DNA of 61,742 nucleotides, the filler included, from Choristocarpus tenellus KU-1152 (Eukaryota; Protista; Phaeophyceae), in assembly GCA_964200185.2 (NCBI GenBank). It is 5 parts of 5 records of this genome, joined end to end, with 100 filler letters (N's around TTAATTAATTAA, not from the genome) between each part and the next. Parts side by side here need not be neighbours in the genome. Positions count along the whole stretch, not along the records: positions 1 to 24,026 come from CAXNAD020000228.1; positions 24,127 to 31,041 come from CAXNAD020007073.1; 3 more parts are not named here. The stretch is one strand, 5' to 3'. Below are positions 15,501-25,554 of the stretch, piece by piece (positions within the stretch are counted from its first letter, which is position 1; each line of letters opens with the position of its first letter). The notes under the pieces were generated by a model. The model worked only from the letters and a program-made list of their open reading frames with translations. It did no database searches and was not told the origin of the DNA. The position numbers were made by a program, and so were the translations under genes.

Positions 15501-18500
15501 TGGTTAAGGTGTTAAAAAAGTGTCAACAGATGGGTTGACACCTCAACTATCATGCAACAGAGGATTTAAGGTCTGCACAAACTTGATACAGACCTGATTC
15601 TGACTTAACACTGGCTTAATACTGACTTGGTACTCTCAAAGAACATACATCACAGGGTGTATTCATATTTACAAGTGCTAGAATACAATGTAGTCACTAT
15701 TTTCAAAAAAATCAAGAGTCACCACAACCCAAGCATCCAAACGATTTTCAAGGCTTATCAGTGGTAACAATTACAGTTATGCTACATTCAAAATAGCAGT
15801 GTTATGTTGTAGGAAGCAAGACATTGCCAAGAGGAGAATATCGATATATAGTATATGACGAAATGATGGATATTTAAAAACCAAACCTTTAGAAATGAAT
15901 ACCTAGAAGTGTTTGTGTGAATATCCTGAATAACCCTAACCCAATCAAAACTATCATCCACCTACGAAATTGAAATAAACAGATACATAAGTGTAATATT
16001 CTTGAACATTAGAAGTATACTGAAATAGAAGTTAGAAGTAGGGATTGGGTTGGGGGTAGGAACCGGATCACCTTTACTTCACAAAGAACCATGTCCGTGC
16101 CAGCCATAGTAACTTGACCCCACCCAAACCCCTGAGAGATGCAACATCGAGACAGAGAGATTGGGAAAGAGTAACAAAGTGCTGGTGTCATCTACAAGTT
16201 ACAAGAATACTTAGGGTTCGGGTAAGGATTAACCTAACCTTAAGTGATAAATAATACTACTTGGTTTAATAGCTACAGCTGTGAATCCAGATAATTCCAA
16301 TCAAGCCAGTTTGTAACTAATGGAGAAATGACTGGTATTGTCATTGGGTGTTTGTGGAAACACTCTTTGATTCACCTCTTGACATGACTGTAGAGGTCGG
16401 CACAAACTCTCAATTTGTGTCACAAAACACCCAAATCCCATACATATATCCTACTTTGAATCAAAAACTACTTTTAATTTGATGTATGAAATAATTCATA
16501 TATCAGAAAACTTGAGCAATTGAAGATTGTGATGATAACAGGATCAAGGGTGCCACTTAAACACTAAAGGATGCTTTACAAATAATAGCTTAGACGAATA
16601 TGATCAGGAAGACAAAGCAAGGTCATTTCAAAAGCATTAGATCTATTTCATGGCATGTTTTAAGCTTGAAGTGATGAACTCTTGCATGTTGTGTAAATAT
16701 TCTAATGGAGGAAAGTACGACTTAATAAAAAAAATTATTGCTTTGACCTGCAGAAGACACACATATGGGGATGTTCTCACACCCAACCCTAACACCAACC
16801 CAAATCCACAGTCCAATCGCTGTGAGTATGCCTAAGGCATATGGAGACAGTTAGGAGTCCCTGCCACACACGCCTATCCCAAATCTTCAGCCTTGCTTCA
16901 TCAAACATGTGTTCATCATCTGCTTCTAGTTGTGGAGAAAGAGCACACAAAAAAAACTAAGTAGAAACGTTCACATCTCAGTGCATAGTAAACATGTTAC
17001 AAAAAAAACTACTAGAGATGTCTATCACAATTTTTTATAATATTAGTACACATTGATTACTATTGCCCACACCTTTCAAAATGAATATCACTGTACAGAT
17101 GAGAAAGTACTTTCTTTATTCTTAAATGTTCAGCATCAGAACAACTATTATTGATTGGGTGCACTGAAAAAAAATGGAACCAGTGACGTATAGAATGATA
17201 CACGATTTTGACTCACCACACAAATAATCAAAAACAAGTCAGAAGATCAAGGATAACCAAGATGTGAGGGAAAAGCAAAATTAGCACCAATGAATGACCA
17301 TATTTTGTTCTGACCCATAAGATCATTTGCATCAGAATGCAGTCTAGCCCTAACCTAAACCTAACCCTAACCCGATGACTATTTTTTGCTCTGAGTCAAT
17401 AAAATGGTTGTGCTTAAAGACCAAGAATTTGGGTCGGCATTTGATTTTGTAGCAAACATATTTCAAACCATCAGATAAAATTTCCATGTTCAAATCAACA
17501 TGTACAGTTGCATTGAGCAGCCGCACAATACCTTTGAGGGAAATGAGTGAAAATAGACTTTTTCATATCTGGATTTTTTGTTCTAAGATGATTCCCCAAT
17601 GACAAACGACAAAAAGGTTCCACTATAAATGTTCCACTTTTGAATGTCTTGCCCTTGGACACATCTATGAATGAAAAACTTCAGAGTGCATGGACACAAA
17701 TTTTTCAAGATTCAGTTTCTAAAGACAGATGTGAAAGCGAACAACAGACATCCACCAAAACACCTTAATCAAGGCTACCTGCCTGGCAATGAAATACCAC
17801 CACCGCTTACCTTAACATTATAATTTCAGTATCAATATCAGCACCAGTACCAGGGTTAAGGTGGGCCAACAAAATCAGGAAATTTCTTTCAGGCAGGTTA
17901 CTATCTAATTGAGGAGACGTACAGTATACACTGATGACTTAGAAAATAGAGGTTGGTGGATCAGTGCGACACAATGATATTGGCTGCTAGCAGGATCAGC
18001 ACCTTTCCAAGTACAGTACGTAGTCAATAGTCACCATCACCTATGAAGGTATACCCTACCACCAACCAAAATGCATCCCTAAACCAAAATGCTGCCTGTG
18101 TGAGTGTCAATGGGCTTACGTCAAGAGAGGAGAAAAAATTATGTCGAAAATAAGGGCACGTACTGTATGGGGAGGGAAAGAAAATTGTCAGGGTGGAAGC
18201 CCCCACTGCCCCATTCCACTCCCATGTAAACACAAGTGCCCCCGTTTTCCAGTCACCATTTCAACCTTGAAGGAATATGCGAGGATGTGATGCAAACTGT
18301 GTGCAAGTGTTACGGAGGCACTCCTTGGATAGCATTTGTCAACCCTTTTGGAGTACTTACTTCCACAGCGTGAACAAAACACAGATAGAATATTGAACAC
18401 ACTGAAAGCTGTTCATATCTATTCTGGTGTGCTTAAAATAGTAACAACAATCGTTGTGCAACCCTTACACTAACCCTAACCCTAACCCAACAATTTGACG

Positions 18501-21500
18501 AAATGGGAAGAATGATCTTGCTTTCCTTGTGTGTAGCAGGGATGTAGACATGGTTTTCCAAAATGTAGCGGTCAACGGTTTTCCCCCAAAAAACGGAAAA
18601 TTGTAACCCACTCAAACAGCACATACATGGAGTGGGTGGGTTGGTATGACAGCAAAGGGCTTACAGCTGATAGTGCAGGTATATATCAACACTCCAATGA
18701 TTCTCACAATTATACCATACCACCCACCCAGACTACTAAGCAAATTACATCTCTAACCCTGAGTACAACACAGAAGGAAAATTGATACACCTCAAGTCGT
18801 GCATGGGGACATCTACAGATAAATACAGGCTTATCATGAGAGCAGATAGTTGTAGATAGTTGTGAGAGGTATGAAGGGAGTAAGATTGGGGAGTAAGTTT
18901 AATGGGACAACAGGCCTTCAAAAAGAATCCTTTTTTATAGAAGATTAGGTTAGGATGAGGGTTAAGATGTTTAGAGTTAAGGACAGAATAAGCCCAGTGG
19001 AGAATACTCAATAAACCCTGACCCTATTGCTGACAAACAGTAAAAAATGTATCTCAGAAGCCTGAATTAAACCATTCACAAGTTGTCTAAATTGAGCTCT
19101 ATAATCTCTAACACAATTAGTTACGCAGGAACTATTTGGAACCAACTATTCCAGGGGCAATGACACTTGACATAGTAACACAAGCACCAGAGCTCACCAT
19201 CATGCCATCAGTGCCCAATCCGAAGACGCTTCAAAAAAGAAGGCAAGGAAGGGCCACATTGTCATTGTTTCCAACCAATTGATTGTCACCATTGCATGCA
19301 TCAGGGGGACATGGGAGACATGCGGATGGATTGAGAGATATCAGATGTAATGGCATACCTAACTCTAAGACAATCACTAACCCTAAGTGAAGAGAAAGGG
19401 TTAGGGTTAGGGAGGACAAACTAAGGGGCCAACATGTGACAGACCATGTTAGGGACTCAACTATGGAATAATAGACGCAGGTTGTCATTGGGGAATAAAA
19501 CAATGTAATAGCATATTCTTGAGATTCATCTCACAGGTTTTGCTACAAACCCTAACCCTGAAACTAGTATGAGCGTTATGAGATGTTTCATTGCACAAGC
19601 GAAACATGTCACAGTCATAGACACAATTGCCTTTATCGTTACCGCTCTTGTAAGAGCCTGTCTGTCTTGTCCCTAGCTATCTTAGTTCTGCCACCATAAG
19701 GACTTAGGGCTGGCTTGAGAACACGAAGAGGTGGTGCATCAAAGTCCACACATCAATACAGATCATTGGAAGTCAAGCCAATGTCCAGTTTGTTGCCCAA
19801 CTCAATAGGACCAGAAAGAATCAACCATTGCCAGAAATTCAACTCTGCACATCACTCAAGGTCTGTTCATCACTTTCAGATGTTTCAAACTTCCTCCAGT
19901 CGGAACTAAATGTAACATAGATTTGTAGCCCCAATAAAAAAGCAAGACTTCTTTCATGTGTTCATATTTGATGGGTGTGTATTGTGCAGACACTAAAGGG
20001 TAGAGCACCAAAACCCCAAGCTAAACGAGGCAGCCTAAACCTGTCTATAATTCCACCCCGAAGCCCTCCAAATCTCCATTCCAGCACAGTACTTCGCCGC
20101 ATTCTGGGGCGTTTGAGGTGAGCTTGCCCGCCTTCTCAGCCTTTTCCTTGCGAAGATGGGAAATTTGAAGGCACTGTCGCCCTTGGATCCCAGCACTTCA
20201 CCATACACTACTAAGGGACTCTGCCAGACGTGCTATAACGTCTCCCGGAGGTACATATCGAACGCCTTCATTGCTGCCTCCATCAGCTCCTCTGAGTTTG
20301 ACACCTCTAACCCTAACATTTAGTTGCTGGATGTAATGAATTCCAGGTCATTGATGTTGAGGTCAGGTGAGTTGACTGACCGGGTCTATATGACAATGTA
20401 ATATCCCTCACACATCACCCCCCTTGCGACATAGTACAATGTCCATACATTCACCCCATGCAATCTGGCTGTCATACTCCTTCAGATGACAGAACACAGT
20501 GATTCGGGAAATTCCAAAGTCCTCCATGATGGCCACAGGCATCCGCCAGGGCACCCGAGTCTCACACACTCTCGCCTCCAGGCATCGTGTGCCACCACGC
20601 TGTTCTTTGCCGGGGTGTTGGAGTCCTGACTCCGGACAGACTTCTGATGGGCAATAACAGGATGAGCGAGCTACTCAAATAAAGGGGGGCCTTCATCCTA
20701 GGCATCCCAATGAACACCTGCTTTGACAGTTTCACGACTTGGTCGACTTTGCACTGGTGCTCTTCCACAGCCATGACATCCCACAATCTCAAACTTTGCA
20801 CACCTCCCAGTCTATATGACAACCCTGCCCCATCCAGAGGGTTTCATTACGGTTTATCACATGGGTCACTCCTGGGCTAGAACAGAGCTTGCAAGAGTTT
20901 TGTTACATTTAATTCCGAATGGAGGAAGTACGTGTTGATACAACTCATCACAAAACTTGCTAAGTTCTTCTGTCAATGGAAAGGTTATTTCAATATGCAC
21001 CTACTAGATCCTGACAAACGCAAATCCACAAATTGAAAGGATAAGATTACATGGTTGAAAAAAATTACAAAATACTTGACAAATAAAAAACTTGCACCAA
21101 CTCTAAGGTTAGATCCTGACCCAAAACAAATAGAGAACGACATGAAACCTCACCCCACCCCCACCTTCCCGCTTATCTGAACTGCCCCAATCCACCAATC
21201 CCTTCCCCACCCCCACCTCAGTGTCATTGTCAATGTCCCTGCATCACCATCTACCACCCAAGCAGCCTCCATTGAATCTTCAAGAAGGTCTGCTGAACCC
21301 TCATAGACTGATGCCAGCGCTGATGGTGAAGGGGTGGGGCTAGGGATGGCTACCTGCAGAGCCCTCTGTGCCTGCAACCTACTCTGCCGATGGCGTTGCC
21401 GTTGCCGTTGCCGTTGGCGCTGTTGGTGCTGCTGTTGTCTATTTCGTTTATTTGGTCGTTGCTGAGGTTGTGGTTGCCATCTCTGCTTCAGATCATATGA

Positions 21501-22763
21501 AGGAGGTCAACAGGGTAAAAGCAGAGTAGGGCAAAAGAGGGTGTGACAAAAGGTCCCAAGAATTCCCATTCCATTTGGTCAATATGATTTGCAAACTGTT
21601 CTAAGGGTGAAAGACTTGCTGTCTGAGTCATAACATTGCTGATCACCCAATTGATCATGTCTCCTTAGTATGATAAAAATTGTGGGCTATTCATCTCCTG
21701 TAAGCAAGCAGAGCAAATATCTGTTCATATTTCAACAAGTAGGTAGTGGACGATCAAGTGTCTGCCTGAAACACAGCAACATATCAGCAATCTACATATT
21801 TGTGAGGTATCCAAAAAGGTGGGGCATCCACTCCCCAAACTATTGCAACTTCTCCTGTGTAGTCATTTACCTCTGTATATAAAACATATCTACCATATAT
21901 GGAGGTGGATGTGGGAAGCAGTAGGCATGTGGGAGGTATTTGGAAGGATCAATTGAAGCAGAATTCACACCTTCAACACGAGAAAAAAAATGTTTTACAC
22001 ATGAAATGGCTTTTACTGAAAATAACTCTTGATCAAGTACTGCAAAAGAAAAAATTCCTCCCTCTTCTTTTTAGCTGCAGCTTTAGCCCTACTGCCAATG
22101 ATAGACCCAAGGTGCATCTGGCAAACACAAATCATTCTTAACAGTCAAATCAAGTCCTAGAATCCTCCAGCCCTAAACCTAAACCTAAACCTAAACCTAA
22201 ACCTAAACACACTTGTTACATGTCCTTGTGTGCTTGTGTGTGAAGTCTGAAGGAAAGCATAAGCATTTCTGTGCCTCTAATATACAATTGAAATTAATGC
22301 GTTTTGAAATCATGCATGCCTACTTGTGTGCACAATGAGGCGTATTTATGTGATCCATACACCGTAGAGGTACTCAGAGCTTATCCCCTCGGATCCTTTA
22401 ACCAATCTAAGTGCTCCAGCATACGACACAAGAAAGAACTCCAACCATATCATAGACACCAGGGATTAACTGCTTCTACTCGATACAAGAGGGTGTCGAA
22501 GCAGTGTACAAATCGTGAGATAGAAACTCAAACGAGGTAGCCCTCAGTCCACACACTAAAAATGTTGCATCCACCCCTTAGTCCGGAGACAGACAAAATC
22601 AATGGCGTATGCACACCTGCTGTTCTCCTCCTGCCCTTCCCCCCACATTGCTTCCCCAGCCACTCACAGGTGCTGCCCCACGTACGAAACAGGTCACGGT
22701 GACAGCTGATAACACTATGGATACCCGCATTAGACTATACGCATGAAATCTCCACCCCAGCAT
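566..22763 (-). CDS. DOMON + cytochrome b561 + cytochrome b5-like multidomain membrane redox protein (CYBDOM/FRRS1-like); 15 exons; continues past the left window edge
   Basis: Exons (-): 22763-22668, 21482-21217, 19228-19198, 16131-16072, 14962-14794, 13103-13027, 11691-11569, 10348-10302, 9605-9553, 8110-8051, 7009-6927, 5781-5701, 4414-4264, 3463-3333, 676-566. Total 1539 nt/513 codons, all phases match, no stops. Signal-like MRVSIVLSAVTVTCFVRG. DOMON motifs: YEGSADLLEDSMEAAWVVD; GMMGFGWGQVTMAGTDMV (heme Met); TSVTFVRPLD; VYSWSSGAGISEHTRTDRGALIINF (heme His). Four b561 His: FHGSIMLFSWLVAAPLGFICARYMR, WWELHV, RHSELGAGILAAVILQLITGWFR, MHKWFGRIILILGFFNCWYGL. A fifth TM (PAWMGLILLSFFGWEF) is followed by LPKFTMKEFNRAVLEGRRNWVIAK, resembling a cyt b5 N-terminus. 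Small extra exons cannot be excluded. Confidence 0.85.
5879..5935. repeat. Imperfect (AAT)n microsatellite
   Basis: aataacaataattgtaacaataataatgataataataat... Confidence 0.85.
7963..8017. repeat. Compound (ATT/ACT/GCT)n microsatellite
   Basis: actattattactactactactgctgctgctgctgctactactactact. Confidence 0.85.
10574..10832 (+). mobile_element. ~260-bp MITE (GAG..CTC TIR family), intronic copy
   Basis: TIRs ggctcaaagtatcgtagagggta / taccctctaagatactttgactc; interior homologous to 40650-40909 and 41994-42249; flanks cctt/cttt. Confidence 0.85.
13484..13577. repeat. Local tandem duplication (~40-bp unit)
   Basis: cctactgata..atgttcatcac..ataatgaccataaccctac repeated about 2.5 times. Confidence 0.7.
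20110..20560 (-). mobile_element. Degenerate Tc1/mariner (DD39D/plant-mariner-like) transposase remnant in intron 2 of the DOMON-b561 gene
   Basis: Minus frame: IMEDFGISRITVFCHLKE (HTH-like), then NSPDLNINDLEF...EELMEAAMKAFD...TL*HVWQS...VYGEVLGSKGDSAFKFPHLRKEKAEKAGKL. This matches the SPDLNxxDLGF...KIPH..K C-terminus of that clade. Contains stops and an internal deletion. Confidence 0.75.
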
Positions 22764-24026
22764 TTACCATCATTGAGAACAGGATTTAGCGGGCGTCGCA
22801 GCACATGAGAAAAAAATCCATTGTGACGAGTTTAGTGAGTTTTGGGGTCGAAGAAGGGTAGGAGGTACGTGGGTAGAAAAAGTTCAGTGTTGTGACAGGA
22901 TTTGCTCGAGGTTAGACCTTTGTTCTTGAATGCCAAGGGAAATGGGAGTGGAACACATCTGAATACACCGAGCGCTTACACATGCAGGGGTACCTGAATT
23001 CATTGGGGGTATCTATCATAGAATAGGTCGATCGATAAAGTTGGACGAGAAAGTGATCGAACAGGAACCTAGTTGTAGCACTGGTGAAAATTGATTGGCA
23101 TGTCAGGGGAAGAAAAAACGATCAACGGGAAGGAACGGGTAGGAGTGGTACTGTGTTGTGAAGCTACAACATGTCACGAGGTCCTGTATTCAGCATTGGA
23201 TTCGCTCAGAGGAATCGAGATGAGTCAATGTCTCTATGATTCCTTCTGACATAGTTCCTGACCGGCGAAATCTATTTGTCCTGCACAGAATGCTCGGGGG
23301 TCTTGTCTAAGTGTTGTAGCGTGAGGTGTCACTGTTGTGTTGGAAAGTTGGAAAAATCTTCTTTGAGAAGAGAGATACGTAGAAGTACTCCCTACACCTA
23401 ACACGATAATATTACATACGTACATTTGGGGACTGAACAACTACGCCACACGTAGCAAACCACCTATCCATTCATCGTGGAAAGTACCAGATACACAACA
23501 AGTAAGTGACGTTGATGGAGATGTTCACACAGGGAATTACTTCTTTACTACATGGTCAACGCGAGGTAGGGATGGGTGACAAAGGCATAGAAGGTAGACC
23601 ACTCACGTCTAAGGTATATATGCTCCACCACGTATCCCTCTGAAATCTTGGTTCCGTTGCTGTATTGGCGTTTAATTGAACAGGAAGTAGAGATTGCTTT
23701 TGTTGGAATAAAGACAGGAGAGGATAGGACCTCGCACTAATTTAAAAGTGATTTTTTTCGTTGGCCAATCTGGAAAGTTTTTCACACAATAATATAATTG
23801 TTTATTTCATGACAATTGTTACATTTTTATGAACTTTTCTCGCATGTGAATAGTTTTTATTGTTTTCCCCTATCACATCTCCAATATGTCACAGAATAAA
23901 ATATTTATCAAATATAGCAACTGTCAGGAACAGGTTCCTTTTTGGGATCGCTGACACACACTGTATGTATAAGACGCGTGGTCAGATACAATTGCGTACG
24001 CCAAACACGTCATTTGAGCTCATCCA

Positions 24027-24126
24027 NNNNNNNNNNNNNNNNNNNNNNNNNNNNNNNNNNNNNNNNNNNNTTAATTAATTAANNNNNNNNNNNNNNNNNN
24101 NNNNNNNNNNNNNNNNNNNNNNNNNN
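24027..24126. other. Assembly gap spacer (44N + TTAATTAATTAA + 44N)
   Basis: Identical 100-bp construct also at 31042-31141, 43399-43498 and 58141-58240. Confidence 0.97.
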
Positions 24127-24177
24127 CCCAAACGGACAAACAGGGCAAAACTGGTTCCCTCTAGGATACTTTCACTC
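24127..24177 (-). mobile_element. Partial MITE copy (reverse orientation), truncated by gap
   Basis: Reverse complement gagtgaaagtatcctagagggaaccagttttgccctgtttgtccgtttggg matches the left end of 40650 and 41994. Confidence 0.8.
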
Positions 24178-25373
24178 ATAGGCCTCCTCAACAGTTTGGC
24201 ATCCAAGCCTCCCCAACTCTATCTCCTGTGCCTCACCGTATCCCTGAGCCATACTTGCTGCCCCAAGCCTTCCTTTTGGAGTGTTGACAGGATATGCTTG
24301 ATTGGAGTACCCTTTCAAAGTTAGGAATGGACAAGCTCTCACGAATGAGCTTCTCTCTCTTTTTGACAGCCTGACTTTTTAGTTGGGCTAATGCGTCATC
24401 ACGTCCCTGGGTAACAATAGACATCTTTTCCCTATACACACGTTCCAGGTTATCGTCCTATATTTTGTTTTGAAGGGAGCAGATGTTGATAGGATAGCAT
24501 CAGCATGGTAAGTTTAGACATTAGTAGTATTTTATTGCGTAGAGCATGGAGGGGGAGGGAAGATGTTGAGGTGAAAAGGATTTGGGAATTGGAATGCACC
24601 CTCTAACACCTAGCTCAGACTGAAGTTACTATTACAGTCGAATAACTTCTGCCGATTGTGCCATTTTCAGTCATGGCGAACCTTCTCAACGAAGTGTGGT
24701 ACTGTTTTTGTTGAAGTTACAATCATCATTCTGTTTGCTTTAACAAATGGCAAAGCCTCTCTAGGAAATGTGATGCTGTTATCGATGCTGTAGAAATACC
24801 ATGAACTCAAGTACTATGCTTTCTAATGCTGAAAGCAGTCTCTCTTTCATCATTGATTAACACAAGAAAAATGATGACTCACAACAGACCCAGGGGAAAT
24901 GCTCCAACAACATTCATAGACCGGTTAGTACATGACTGGCACCAAGGTAAAGAGATCATACAGCCCATGGACGTGTCGATTCCCTGGAAGCATGGCATCA
25001 CGTTTGGTCTAGGATAAACTATGCCTCATCTCAGCATGAGCAATAAATGTTTTTATTTGGGACTATTGTACATCCCAGTAAAACTACATTTTGGATATTT
25101 TAACCTGTCGCTGTCTTCTGAACGTGGTTTCTTGGACCTGAAGAGTGAACCCTCTTTCTACGTTGGCCACAGCATTGTCAACCTGCTCCTGAATCCACTT
25201 ATTTTTGAACTCCTTTGTACTGTTTCTGATTTGGACAGAGGAAGAAGGAATAGATTGGATAAAAAAATATGGAGCTGATTGCGTTACTGGTGAGCACCAA
25301 GTATGGTTTCCTTTCTATCAAGAAGATAGAGGAAAGGCGGTAGTATGTTTTTTACCCCTTTCCATCTCTCTCA

Positions 25374-25554
25374 GACCCAAAGTATCTGGGGAGGTGGGGG
25401 GGGGTCTACATCAGGGTGTCCATTTGGGCCAAAATCAGGAAAAGTGCATTTATATTATCCATTCGATGTATGCAAACCAAATCACCCAAAAATCGCGACA
25501 CGAAAGAATTGACCCAAATGGACAGCCGCCACCTTCCCCCAGATACTTTGAGCC
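25374..25554 (+). mobile_element. Shorter G-rich MITE variant (~180 bp)
   Basis: gacccaaagtatctgggg...gtccatttgg...ccaaatggac...cccagatactttgagcc has the same TIR core and subterminal gtccatttgg/ccaaatggac pair. Confidence 0.75.

Larger units (their letters stand above)
531..22208. repeat. Dispersed short interstitial telomere-type (CCCTAA)n / (CCTAAA)n tracts in introns
   Basis: Examples: 531-543, 1693-1719, 2116-2132, 2519-2540, 11484-11545, 12829-12843, 13231-13249, 13807-13822, 17347-17372, 18470-18488, (CCTAAA)n 22172-22208. A minority are in TTAGGG orientation (1816-1835, 10512-10537, 19397-19411). Confidence 0.9.
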
